A stretch of 64,000 nt of DNA from Arenicellales bacterium (GCA_965220725.1 OZ244840.1:2304548-2368547), one strand, 5' to 3'. Positions 37,299 to 47,185 are shown, counted from the stretch's first letter. A program made the numbers and translations. The notes: generated by a model from the letters alone, not told the origin.

Positions 37299-38951
37299 TT
37301 ACAGCGGGCAGACGATTTCGCCCAGGCGTTTTGTCAGGCGCGCGTTCTCCGAGTAATCAATAGGGACGACAACCAGGCTGGGGCCCTCTTCGTCAAACGC
37401 GGTCTTCAGCACGGAGACCAGATCAGTGGAGTTCTCGACCCGGTGACCGTGCCACCCAAACGATTCCGCGAGCTTGCACCAATCCGGATTGCCGAACGCG
37501 AGGTCGGTATGCCTGCCAAACTGATTGGTCTGCTTCCATGCGATCAGACCGTAGGCGTTGTCCTCCCAAACCATGACCACGATGTTTGAATTCAATCGGC
37601 GGGCTGTTTCCATTTCCTGCACATTCATCATGAAGCCGGCATCCCCGCAGATGGCGAGTATGCGACGGTCCGGGTGGACAATATCGGCGGCGATCGCGCC
37701 GGGCAGTGCAAACCCCATCGAGCAGAATCCATTGGGGATCAGGCAGGTGTTGGGTTCGTGACAGTGGTAATGGCGCGCAATCCACATCTTGTGGGCGCCG
37801 ACATCCGACAACAGGATGTCGTGGTTGCCCATGACGGTCCGCACATCCCATAAGACTTTCTGAGGTTTGATCAAGCCCTCGGTTTCATCGTCTTTGTGTT
37901 CGGCGAAGTCGGCAGCCATCTCCCGCCGGGTTCCGGCCTGCTGGGACAGATTGAACTCAAGGTCACCACTTTCATCGACCCGGGAACATAGCATCCACAG
38001 GGTGTGTGCGAGATCTCCGACTATTTCGAGTTTTGGGCGGTAGTGGGCATCGATTTCGGCCGGCAGGAAATCAATGTGCAGGATGTTCTTGTCCTGTCCC
38101 GGGTTCCACAGGTGCGGATGGTACTCCACCATGTCATAGCCGAGGGTGATGATCAGGTCGGACGCGTCCAGCGCACAGGCCACCAGATCCTTCGCCCCCA
38201 AACCGATGGTATACAGACAGTAGTCCGAGTCCATGTCGACACAGCCCTTGGCCATGAACGTGCTGATGACGCCGATACCGGTTTTTTCGCAGAACAGTCG
38301 CAACTGTTTTGAGGCTCTGCGTCGGATGCATCCGTTACCGGCGAGAATGATCGGCCGCGAGGCGTTGCGGATCAGTTCGAACGCCTGGTCAACAATCTTG
38401 TCATCTGGCACCGCGCGTCGCAGCCTTCTTGGTGCAAGTGGCGTTGTCGTGGTATCCATGTGCGCAACATCCTCGGGCAGTTCGATCAGGGTGGCGCCGG
38501 GTTTTTCGACCAGTGCGGTGCGCACGGCCTTGCGGACGATTTCCGGGATGTTGTCGGGATGATGCACCTGCTGTGCCCATTTGGTGACAGGGCGGTACAT
38601 GGTGACAACATCCATGATCTGATGGGATTCCTTGTGCAGTCGAGTCGACGCACCCTGACCGGTCAAAACCAGCATGGGGGCGCGGTCCATGTTGCCGTCC
38701 GCGACGCCGGTGATGAGGTTGGTCGCACCCGGTCCGAGCGTGCCCAGACATCCGGCCACGCGGCCGGTCAGTCGTCCGTAGGCTTCGGCCATGAATGCCG
38801 CTCCCTGCTCGTGGCGACACAGAATGAATTGAATCTTGTCCGATTCCTCGAGGGAGATCATGAAGTGGGCGTTCTCCTCACCCGGTACACCGAATATGTA
38901 CTCGACTCCTTCCGCCTCAAGGCATTTGACGAACAGATCGGAGGCTTTCAT
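37299..38951 (-). CDS. Thiamine-diphosphate enzyme, acetolactate synthase (AlsS)-like.
   Basis: GVEYIFGVPGEEN, RHEQGAAFMAEAYGRLTG, GPGATNL, and the TPP motif GDAGFMMNVQEMETA. Confidence 0.85.
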   Translation of the reverse strand: MKASDLFVKCLEAEGVEYIFGVPGEENAHFMISLEESDKIQFILCRHEQGAAFMAEAYGRLTGRVAGCLGTLGPGATNLITGVADGNMDRAPMLVLTGQGASTRLHKESHQIMDVVTMYRPVTKWAQQVHHPDNIPEIVRKAVRTALVEKPGATLIELPEDVAHMDTTTTPLAPRRLRRAVPDDKIVDQAFELIRNASRPIILAGNGCIRRRASKQLRLFCEKTGIGVISTFMAKGCVDMDSDYCLYTIGLGAKDLVACALDASDLIITLGYDMVEYHPHLWNPGQDKNILHIDFLPAEIDAHYRPKLEIVGDLAHTLWMLCSRVDESGDLEFNLSQQAGTRREMAADFAEHKDDETEGLIKPQKVLWDVRTVMGNHDILLSDVGAHKMWIARHYHCHEPNTCLIPNGFCSMGFALPGAIAADIVHPDRRILAICGDAGFMMNVQEMETARRLNSNIVVMVWEDNAYGLIAWKQTNQFGRHTDLAFGNPDWCKLAESFGWHGHRVENSTDLVSVLKTAFDEEGPSLVVVPIDYSENARLTKRLGEIVCPL

Positions 38952-38994
38952 GGAACTATCTCACGATTCAAATTAATTCACACTGACTGCAGTC

Positions 38995-39822
38995 TCAGCC
39001 GGGCAGTCTCGAAAACGCGGTGACATGGGGCGGTAGTACCAATGGTCGTTTGACCGCTGAAACCTCCTTGGAGACTCGTTCAGGCAGTGTATCCAGATCC
39101 AACTCTTCGGCGGTAGCCAGGCCAAATTCCACGATCAGCGGCAACATGCTCTTGAAAGTTGCGGCCAGATACTGAAAACCAGGCCAGTCATCGGCACCAC
39201 CCATCGGTGCCTCGAAGTGAGCGTCCGGTGCCGGCAGTCCGGCATTCGAGAACACCCCGAACAGGTCAAATCCCATGGAGATGTTTGCACCCGAGCGTTC
39301 AATCACACCGAGTCCCAGATCGATCATCTTGTTGACAAGCGGTGTCTCAGGATGTTTCATGGAGTGGTAGGGTGGCAGTTCAAGTTCCTGGAACGCGACC
39401 ACACCGCCGGGTTTCACGTGTGCTGCGAGCTTCCTGACCAGATCCGCCGGTTGTGGAACATACATCAGAATCAGGCGGCCTACCACCATGTCGAAATCGC
39501 GGTCCAGATCAAGTTCTGCGGCGTTGCCTGCGATAAACTCAACATTGGTGTGTCCCATTGCCTCGGCCCTGGCCCTTGCAGTCTCAAGAACTGTGGGGTT
39601 TAAGTCGACACCTACCACCTGGCCTGTTGGTCCCACGATCTGCGCGGCTGTGAATGCAACATCGCCGGCACCACTACCGATGTCCAGAACCTTCATGCCT
39701 TCGGCGAGCCCGGTTCGGTGCAGGAAGCGGCGCGTTACACCGTCGTAGAGTTGGGATTGGGCGATCAGCCTTTGGGTTTCCTCTTCGCTGTAGCCCATGG
39801 TGTATCGTCTTTCGTCGCTCAT
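38995..39822 (-). CDS. Class I SAM-dependent methyltransferase.
   Basis: VLDIGSGAGDVA motif I and GGVVAF post-I. Confidence 0.8.
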   Translation of the reverse strand: MSDERRYTMGYSEEETQRLIAQSQLYDGVTRRFLHRTGLAEGMKVLDIGSGAGDVAFTAAQIVGPTGQVVGVDLNPTVLETARARAEAMGHTNVEFIAGNAAELDLDRDFDMVVGRLILMYVPQPADLVRKLAAHVKPGGVVAFQELELPPYHSMKHPETPLVNKMIDLGLGVIERSGANISMGFDLFGVFSNAGLPAPDAHFEAPMGGADDWPGFQYLAATFKSMLPLIVEFGLATAEELDLDTLPERVSKEVSAVKRPLVLPPHVTAFSRLPG

Positions 39823-40089
39823 TTAAATGTTCTCCTTCAACTACTTCAACCAACATGAAAACTGGAAACGATTATATATGACTGATATTTTTGCAATGAT
39901 GATTGAGGTAGATTTCAGGTCACAGATCTGGCAGGTCTGGATTGATGCGCGTCGAGAGTTCTTGCGGTTCAGATATTGGTAAAATTGAGATGCCTTGGTG
40001 TCGATGATCAATAATCAGATACCGACCCTGTTCCAGAGACAGGTGCGGGTTAAATGTCCTTTTTGGTACCATCAATAGAATGAATCTCA

Positions 40090-41268
40090 ATGACGGTCAT
40101 GTCGAAGCAACGCAATAGTCAAAATATTCGATTTATCCATACCTCGGACTGGCAAATCGGGAAGGTTTTTCGCTTTGTCAATGCAGAAACCATGGGTGTG
40201 TTGCAGAAAGCGCGTCTCGATGTGATTGACCGTCTAGGTGAAATTGCCACAGAAAACGAAATCAGGCACATTCTGGTTGCTGGCGATGTCTATGACATTG
40301 ACGAGCCATCTACGCAACTTTTGAATCAACCGCTGGAGCGAATTCGTGAATTTCAGAATGTTGAATGGCATCTGCTACCAGGCAACCATGACCCACATCG
40401 TAGCAATGGGTTGTGGGACAGGATTCTGAAAGGGGGAAAACCTGACAATATACGCGTTTACCTTGAGCAGAAACCTGAGCTTTTCGAGCAGGAGTCATTC
40501 GCAGTTCTCCCGGCGCCGCTTTACTACAAACGAACTACCAATGACCCTACGCAGTATATGGATACTGTTGACGTGTCGAGTGAACTTACGCGAATTGGAC
40601 TGGCGCATGGGTCGGTTGAGGATTTCGGTGCAACGGATCAAAGCACGACAAATTACATCAATCCAAATCGTCCGAAAAAAGCGGGTTTAAGTTATCTTGC
40701 TCTGGGCGACTGGCATGGGCAGAAGGAAGTCAACGAAAAATGCTGGTACAGCGGTACGCCGGAGACCGACGCATTTGATGTCAAAAACGGTGGCAAGGCG
40801 CTGATTGTGGAGATAACCAGTCAGCGGGCGGATCCTGATGTCAGACCGATTGAGACTGGCTGCTATGAGTGGGTAAGTTTGAGCGAGCGAATCAACAGTC
40901 GGGACGATATTGATCACCTCGAAAATCGGATCAGAAATCTAGGTGGAGGCTTGAACCGGCACCTTGTGGATCTGGAAGTCAAAGGATTACTCTCACTTGA
41001 AGATTTTTCGTACTTTAGAAAGAAGATCGTCGAAGGTGTATCCGCTGCACTATGTTTCATGCGGATTAATCGCGACAGACTTAGACCGAAGCCTACGGAC
41101 GCGGATATTCGCCGAGTCAACAAGGGTGAGGTTGTCAGGGTGACGTTCGAAAAGCTCATTGACCTTGCCAATAACGGTAGCGAGCAGGAACGCAAAGTCG
41201 CTTCTGAAGCGATTATTCGCCTGTATTTTGAAGCCATGGACATGATTGAAGAACAGGAAGTCCAATGA
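40090..41268 (+). CDS. Mre11/SbcD-like calcineurin-fold metallophosphoesterase (non-canonical motif I).
   Basis: IRFIHTSDWQIGK (motif I has Q where SbcD/Mre11 have the DxH histidine), VAGDVYD, LPGNHD, GLAHGS and LALGDWHG. The stop overlaps the next gene's start (ATGA at 41265). Confidence 0.8.
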   Translation: MTVMSKQRNSQNIRFIHTSDWQIGKVFRFVNAETMGVLQKARLDVIDRLGEIATENEIRHILVAGDVYDIDEPSTQLLNQPLERIREFQNVEWHLLPGNHDPHRSNGLWDRILKGGKPDNIRVYLEQKPELFEQESFAVLPAPLYYKRTTNDPTQYMDTVDVSSELTRIGLAHGSVEDFGATDQSTTNYINPNRPKKAGLSYLALGDWHGQKEVNEKCWYSGTPETDAFDVKNGGKALIVEITSQRADPDVRPIETGCYEWVSLSERINSRDDIDHLENRIRNLGGGLNRHLVDLEVKGLLSLEDFSYFRKKIVEGVSAALCFMRINRDRLRPKPTDADIRRVNKGEVVRVTFEKLIDLANNGSEQERKVASEAIIRLYFEAMDMIEEQEVQ

Positions 41269-43877
41269 AAATTCGATCACTCACGGTCTACCAGTTCAAG
41301 AAGTTTGACGAACCCTACAAGTTGGATGGACTTGCTGGCGGTATCGACGTCGTGGTCGGTCCAAATGAGATGGGCAAGTCTACTTTGTTGAGTGCGCTTC
41401 GGGCGGCATTTTTTGAAAAATATATGTCCAAGTCAAAGCACATCGTCAGCCTGCAAAACAATCGTTACCCGTCGGCGCCTGCTGTATGCGTCGTGTTTGA
41501 ACTATCCGATGGTGCCTATGAATTGAAAAAACGGTTTCTCAAGAAGCCATATGCAAGTTTGCGACTACCTGGCGGCCATGTTCTGGAAGGAGATGCGGCT
41601 GAAGACAGGATTCAACAACTTTTGAATCTTGGCGGGTCGAGCAAGAGTCGAAGTTCTTTGGATTCGCGGGGAGTATGGAACTTGTTTTGGGTGCAGCAGG
41701 GAGAGTCGTTTGAGCGGATAGACCCAAACAACGAAGCAGGATCATCCCTCTATGGTGCGCTGGTGTCGGAAATTGCAAGGATACTCGGTGGTCGGCAGGC
41801 TCAGACTTTAATCGGGATTTTCGAGAACCAACGTAGCGAATTCGTGACACCAAAAACCGGGAAGCCAACGGGGACACTCAAGCAATTGATTGAAAGATCA
41901 GCGCAATTGAAGGGTCAGCTGCTGGAACTGCGAGATCGACAGGAAGAGTTGTCGAACTCTATGGCTGAACTCGAGGCTGCACAAGTCACTCTGGATGCGC
42001 TGAGGGTTGAAACCGATCTTTCCAGAGTTCGGGACGAATTGAGCGATGCTCGGGAGGAAAGGTCCAAGGTAGAAGTTGAAGCCACCAAAGTCCGTTCAGA
42101 AGTCGAAAGGTTGGGAGAACGAATCGAAAAAATAAAAAAACTGAAACAGCAAATTGAGGAAGTGACGAATCTAGTTGAGTCTCATGAAAAAAGCATTGTT
42201 ATTGTCGGTGAGGAATTGTCTAAAGAAGAACAGCGATTCAATGAATTGGATATACAACTCAAACAGACCGAGAGTGAGCGTTCGGATCTAGAGACTCATT
42301 TGAAGTCGCTTGAGCGGCATCAGGCCGCTTTTGAATTGTGCGCAGAAATCGAGAAATTTTCCAGTATCCAGCAAAATATCCGTGAATTGGAGGAAAAGGC
42401 ATCAGAGATTCTCGTAAACGAACATCTGATGAGGGAAGTTGAGGAAGCCAATCGCAGATTTAGCATCGTAGATGCAAAAATCAAGACCAATGCAGCTCGC
42501 GTAATCTTTGAGTTGGAGGAGGGTGGCGCCGAGGGCGTGACCATCAATGGCATTGAACTCGAGGAAAGCCACCACGAAGTGAAGGTGGCTGAGAAACTGT
42601 CAATTGGGATTCCACAGCGTGGAACAATTGTGGTGCAGCCGCCGGAGGATCTTTTACCAGAGCTTGAAGCGGCAAAGTTGGAAGTGGAACGTCTGCTTGA
42701 GTCGTGCAAAGCAAAATCCGTCGAGCACGTAAACACTCTATACAAGGAGCGGTCGGAACTGATTCAATCCGCGACATTGGCTCAAAGGGAATTGGAAGTT
42801 ATTTTGAAAAACTCAGGACCAAATTGGAACGATGCACGACCGGTTAAAGAACAGATTTCTGAAAACCAAAAGAAACTCGTCGATGAAATGTCGAAACTCG
42901 GCATTCAGGATTCAGCTGAACTGAGAGACCAGCAATCGACAATCGCTGAGATTAGAAAAGAATCAGAAGAGAAAAGTTACAAAATCGCGAACCTGCAAAA
43001 GGCAGTCGAACAATTGAGATTAAAAATCAACGAATTCAATTTGAATCTGGCAAAGGAAGAAGTCGGGTTGAAAAACAGCAAAAAGCGATTGGACGAGCTG
43101 AAGAAGGAGCTTGCCGTGGTTCTCGGTGGGAAAACCACAGATGAACTGCAAGCCCAGTTTCGGGAAAAATCAGCGCACATCGAGACGCTTGAGTCAGAAC
43201 TTGGTGAGCTGCAACGCAAGATCGGGGAATTCGAACTACGCATCAGACAGTTTGAAGATAAAAAATCTGAACTCGAAAAGGAGATTGTCCGCCTCACCAC
43301 GATCATTGAAGATAGACAGGGTGTGGGATTGGAGGAGCAGATTCAGTCGGTGGAACGCAAATTGGGTTTTGCAAAGTCCGACATTGAAAAGTGCTGGGCT
43401 GAAGTAGCGGAGTTGGATTTGCTGCTGCAGACAATGCAAGATTCCGAGGGCGAGGTGAAGAACCGATTTCTGTCCGACATATTGCTCCGCGTCTATCCCT
43501 ATTTGCGTCAGATTTTTCCGTCTGCCACATTGATCACGCAAGAGGACGGAAACGTCACAGACATCGAGAGAGATCCGGGTGGAAGGGAGACTTTCCAAAC
43601 ACTCAGCATTGGTACCCAGGAGCAGATATCGGTACTGTCCCGAATTGCATTTGCCGAGTTTCTTGTGGAGAAAAATCATCCAGCAGTCATCGTGCTGGAT
43701 GATGCGTTGGTTTTTTCAGACGACGCCCGTATCGAGACGATGTTTCGTATCCTCAGTCAGGCGTCGGAAAACATTCAGATTCTCGTATTTACCTGTCGGG
43801 AGAAGCTGTTTGAAGATCTTGGAGGCAACATAGTCACAATAGTACCAGCTGATCACAGAACATTCGATTTCGCTTGA
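41265..43877 (+). CDS. Rad50/SbcC/YhaN-like SMC-type ATPase with a long coiled coil.
   Basis: Walker A GPNEMGKSTLLSAL, about 550 aa of E/K/L/Q-rich coiled coil, the signature-like LSIGTQEQ, and Walker B VIVLDDALVFSDD. I saw no CxxC zinc hook in the coil. Confidence 0.8.
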   Translation: MKIRSLTVYQFKKFDEPYKLDGLAGGIDVVVGPNEMGKSTLLSALRAAFFEKYMSKSKHIVSLQNNRYPSAPAVCVVFELSDGAYELKKRFLKKPYASLRLPGGHVLEGDAAEDRIQQLLNLGGSSKSRSSLDSRGVWNLFWVQQGESFERIDPNNEAGSSLYGALVSEIARILGGRQAQTLIGIFENQRSEFVTPKTGKPTGTLKQLIERSAQLKGQLLELRDRQEELSNSMAELEAAQVTLDALRVETDLSRVRDELSDAREERSKVEVEATKVRSEVERLGERIEKIKKLKQQIEEVTNLVESHEKSIVIVGEELSKEEQRFNELDIQLKQTESERSDLETHLKSLERHQAAFELCAEIEKFSSIQQNIRELEEKASEILVNEHLMREVEEANRRFSIVDAKIKTNAARVIFELEEGGAEGVTINGIELEESHHEVKVAEKLSIGIPQRGTIVVQPPEDLLPELEAAKLEVERLLESCKAKSVEHVNTLYKERSELIQSATLAQRELEVILKNSGPNWNDARPVKEQISENQKKLVDEMSKLGIQDSAELRDQQSTIAEIRKESEEKSYKIANLQKAVEQLRLKINEFNLNLAKEEVGLKNSKKRLDELKKELAVVLGGKTTDELQAQFREKSAHIETLESELGELQRKIGEFELRIRQFEDKKSELEKEIVRLTTIIEDRQGVGLEEQIQSVERKLGFAKSDIEKCWAEVAELDLLLQTMQDSEGEVKNRFLSDILLRVYPYLRQIFPSATLITQEDGNVTDIERDPGGRETFQTLSIGTQEQISVLSRIAFAEFLVEKNHPAVIVLDDALVFSDDARIETMFRILSQASENIQILVFTCREKLFEDLGGNIVTIVPADHRTFDFA

Positions 43878-43981
43878 AAATACTCTGATTTCGAACGCCG
43901 TAAAATTCTCCCGGTTTTCGAAATATTCTGATGTATGATTATGCGAGAATTTGAATTTTGTTCTTTCCCTTTTATCGGTAC

Positions 43982-44863
43982 ATGGCAATGAATGGAACAT
44001 CAATACTCTCAAAAGATGAGAGGCAATTTTTTTTCGATCAAGGCTACCTGATTCGCAATGCTGGCTTGGAGCCAGACCAGCTCGCAAGTCTCGACCAGGA
44101 TTTAGATTCATGGCTGGAACTATGCAGACAGCATGACTCCAATTTCGGCACCACAGTAGACGGCAAGGCTAGATTCGACCTTGAGTTGGGACACACCCGG
44201 GAGAATCCTAAACTCCGGCGTGTCGCCAATCCAGCGGATATATCGGAGAATTTTCAGGCAGTGCTGTGGGACAGTCCCATCGTCGATATGGTGGCGGACC
44301 TGATCGGCCCCAGCATTCGATTTCATCACTGTAAACTGAACATCAAGTTTCCCGGCATGGAAACCGTTGTCTACTATCATCAGGATCATTCCTACGATCC
44401 CCACACCAATGACGACATGCTGGCGATACTGCTGATGTTGGATGACGCCAACGAGCAAAACGGATGTCTTCGGGTTGTGCCGGGATCCCACAAGCAGCGG
44501 TACTCACACTTCCAGAACGAGGAATACACCGGCACGATCGGCGCCGAGCACAACGATCAGTTCAATCAGGAGGCAGTGCCGATCGTCGCTTCGCGAGGTG
44601 ACGTCTGCTTCATGCACACCTGGACCGTACATGGCTCCGAGTCCAATTGTTCGGATGTGCCGCGTCGACTGCTGATTTGCGACTATACCGCCGCGGATGC
44701 CTATCCACTGCTTTCGCCGGCATTGCCTTCGCAATACACCGGTAAGATCGTCAGGGGTGAACCCAGTCGGACGGCCCGCCTGCGGGAAGATACCATCGAG
44801 ATCCGAACACCGTACGCGCACGATTCCTTTTTCGGCGTTCAGGGGCAGCCTTCTGCTGTCTGA
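43982..44863 (+). CDS. Phytanoyl-CoA dioxygenase (PhyH)-family Fe(II)/2-oxoglutarate dioxygenase.
   Basis: FFFDQGYLI, YHQDHSY, LRVVPGSHK and HTWTVHGS. Confidence 0.75.
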   Translation: MAMNGTSILSKDERQFFFDQGYLIRNAGLEPDQLASLDQDLDSWLELCRQHDSNFGTTVDGKARFDLELGHTRENPKLRRVANPADISENFQAVLWDSPIVDMVADLIGPSIRFHHCKLNIKFPGMETVVYYHQDHSYDPHTNDDMLAILLMLDDANEQNGCLRVVPGSHKQRYSHFQNEEYTGTIGAEHNDQFNQEAVPIVASRGDVCFMHTWTVHGSESNCSDVPRRLLICDYTAADAYPLLSPALPSQYTGKIVRGEPSRTARLREDTIEIRTPYAHDSFFGVQGQPSAV

Positions 44864-44877
44864 GTGTAGTTGCCCGT

Positions 44878-45558
44878 ATGACTTTCTCGATTGTCGCCTT
44901 TGATCGCAATAGCGGCGCAGTTGGTGTTGGTATCACGACGTCCAGCATTGCTGTAGGCAGTCGTTGCCCGTGGGTTCGGGCAGGAGTCGGTGCAGTCGCG
45001 ACGCAGAACATCACTGATCCCACATTGGGAAATGCAACATTGGACCTATTGCAGGAGGGTCAGAATCCGCAGGCTGCGGTGTCTGCAATCATCGATTCGA
45101 AACCCAACATGCAATATCGGCAGTTGACAGTTGTTGATGTCAATGGTGATACCGCCCATTTCACGGGCGGCCACATTTTGGGAACGCACGCGGTCGCAGT
45201 TGGCAACGATTGTGTCGCTGCTGGAAATCTGCTGGCCAATGCATCTGTTCCACAAGCGATGGTTGATGCTTACGGCGACCGTAATCAGGATATCCATCTG
45301 GCGGAGTGCCTGATCAATGCATTGCAGGCTGGAATCGACGCTGGTGGCGAGGAGGGGACGGTACACTCAGCATCGGTACTGGTAGCCCGTGAACATGAGT
45401 GGCCGGAAGTGGACTTGCGTGTGGATTGGGATGAGTTGGATCCGGTTAATCGGTTGCTGGGGCTGTGGCTTGCCTATCGTACACAAAGAGAGGATTACCT
45501 GCTCAGGGCTGTAAATCCATCCGCTGCACCGGCTTACGGCGTCCCCGGTGATCCTTGA
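44878..45558 (+). CDS. DUF1028-family (Ntn-hydrolase-like) protein.
   Basis: MTFSIVAFDRNSGAVGVGITTSSIAVGSRCPWVRAGVGAVATQ is a typical DUF1028 N-terminus. Confidence 0.75.
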   Translation: MTFSIVAFDRNSGAVGVGITTSSIAVGSRCPWVRAGVGAVATQNITDPTLGNATLDLLQEGQNPQAAVSAIIDSKPNMQYRQLTVVDVNGDTAHFTGGHILGTHAVAVGNDCVAAGNLLANASVPQAMVDAYGDRNQDIHLAECLINALQAGIDAGGEEGTVHSASVLVAREHEWPEVDLRVDWDELDPVNRLLGLWLAYRTQREDYLLRAVNPSAAPAYGVPGDP

Positions 45559-45789
45559 TTGATCTATTTTGATTTCACTCTTGAGGTTGCGGACACTTCC
45601 ATTTCCAGAGTCCGACAAGTGATTGAACTAACCGCCACAGGTGGTGATACGTGACAACCGGAAAAAGTTTCTGAATTTTTTCTGATTTGGACTTGAATCT
45701 CATAATTCCATCCCCATATACCCTTTAAGGTTGGCCGCATTTACTGAATCAACTCGCGTCAAACACAACAATCAGAAGGAGGATTTTCC

Positions 45790-46728
45790 ATGGACAACAC
45801 TTTTGAGCGCAAAAATCTGGAAGGCTATGAACACGATGCGTTATTCCATAGATGCATCGCGAACTCCGACCGCTTTGTGAGCATTGCGAAGCTGGCACTT
45901 GGCGAGGATGTCGCCAGGGAGTTTGACTGGAATACTGCGCGGCGAGAGGGGGAGAGGCAGGTCGGCGCCAAACTGCGCGAATTGCGTCCTGATTTTATGT
46001 TTTCGGTTTTGATGACCGATACCGAGGATGACCGATACCGGGTTCCCATGCAAGTTGAGCACAAAAGTTATAAGGACAGTGGTTTGATGCATCAGTTATT
46101 TCGGTACCAGATAGTCCACAATGACACCACCAAAACGCCACTCATCTCGATCGTGGTCTATCATGGCAAGGAGCCAAGCTGGCGCACGATACCGACGCAT
46201 CAACAATGGCCCTCCTGGGCGAATGACGAATACAGGAGGCGACTGATTAATTTAACGGGCCGGAAGTTGCTGAATTTCGATCCCTGCGTGCTGGACCTGC
46301 GTGAACTGGTGCGAAGCGGCAGAAGGCTTGATGGGAACATTGATGCCGTGGTGTACCTGCTTGCAGAGATCTGGGATCTTGATGAGGCAAAGTTGAAGAT
46401 ATTTTTCGAGAAGGCGACGCGGCTGAGCGGGCCTGACCGTGTTCAGGTTATAATAGACGCAAAAAATTATGTGTTAGTCAACTATCCCAATATTACGGTG
46501 GACACTTTAGAGAGAATCGAAAATGAAGCGGTTGAGGATCCAGACCTCAATACTGTGTTGACGTTTCGGAACGTCATGGCCAAGGAGTGGGAGGAAGCCC
46601 GCGCGAAAGGTCATGAGGAAATTGTGCTGCACATGGCTGGGCAGGGAATGGAGTCCGATGAAATCTGCAAAATGACCGGATTGAATCGTGAGTTCGTTGA
46701 GCAAGCCAAGCTCAACGGAAAAGGCTGA
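45790..46728 (+). CDS. Rpn-family (YhgA-like, PD-(D/E)xK, 'transposase_31') recombination-promoting nuclease.
   Basis: HDALFHRCI, RPDFMFSV, MQVEHKSYKD, QLFRYQ and VVYHGKEP parallel E. coli Rpn motifs (HDAVFK, D..YSV, IEHQS, RL.RY, ILFYHG). A strong SD (AGGAGG) precedes the ATG. Confidence 0.85.
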   Translation: MDNTFERKNLEGYEHDALFHRCIANSDRFVSIAKLALGEDVAREFDWNTARREGERQVGAKLRELRPDFMFSVLMTDTEDDRYRVPMQVEHKSYKDSGLMHQLFRYQIVHNDTTKTPLISIVVYHGKEPSWRTIPTHQQWPSWANDEYRRRLINLTGRKLLNFDPCVLDLRELVRSGRRLDGNIDAVVYLLAEIWDLDEAKLKIFFEKATRLSGPDRVQVIIDAKNYVLVNYPNITVDTLERIENEAVEDPDLNTVLTFRNVMAKEWEEARAKGHEEIVLHMAGQGMESDEICKMTGLNREFVEQAKLNGKG

Positions 46729-46906
46729 TCCGCAGTACGTATCATATTTTGTTGTCAGGGAACATCTGCCCCCAATATTTCAGCGAACGGAGTTGCTGTA
46801 GTGCGGGTGTTACGTTGCTTGCGTTAGCAATTACTTTGCGTGTGCGTGGTTTTCAAAACCCGATAAATGCAGGCAGGTGGATGATCTTCTCGTTCGGAGA
46901 GTGACG

Positions 46907-47185
46907 ATGGACAATTCAACCAGAATCGAAAATGAAGGGAGTAGGAAACCAGACCTAGATTCTGTGCTGACGTTCCGGAACGTTTTGCGCACCAGGAGGG
47001 CGGAAGCTTACGAGAAAGGTTACGCAGAAGGTTACGCAGAAGGTTACGAAGAAGGTCGCAAAGAGGGTCATAAGGAAATTGTGCTGCACATGGCTGGACT
47101 GGGAATGGAGTCCGATGAGATCAGCAGAATGACCGGATTGAATCGTGAATTTGTTGAGCAAGCGATGCTTAACGCCAATGGCTAG
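46907..47185 (+). CDS. Stand-alone Rpn C-terminal-domain (RpnS-like) small protein, copy 1.
   Basis: RIENEGSRKPDLDSVLTFRNVLR...HKEIVLHMAGLGMESDEISRMTGLNREFVEQAMLN aligns with the last ~75 aa of the Rpn gene. GGAGA lies 6 nt before the ATG at 46907. Confidence 0.7.
   Translation: MDNSTRIENEGSRKPDLDSVLTFRNVLRTRRAEAYEKGYAEGYAEGYEEGRKEGHKEIVLHMAGLGMESDEISRMTGLNREFVEQAMLNANG

Noticed and set aside
35087-38951. A link between TauE, the ALS-like TPP enzyme and the SauS/T-like genes as a sulfoacetaldehyde (Xsc) pathway.
   Set aside because: The TPP enzyme is 550 aa and matches catabolic acetolactate synthase motifs rather than what I recall of Xsc. The genes are about 15 kb apart and on different strands.
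43878-43981. A hairpin, ATTTCGAA-N21-TTCGAAAT, after the SbcC-like gene, considered as a terminator.
   Set aside because: The stem consists of two copies of the self-palindromic TTCGAA with a long loop and no clear U-tract. The evidence is weak.
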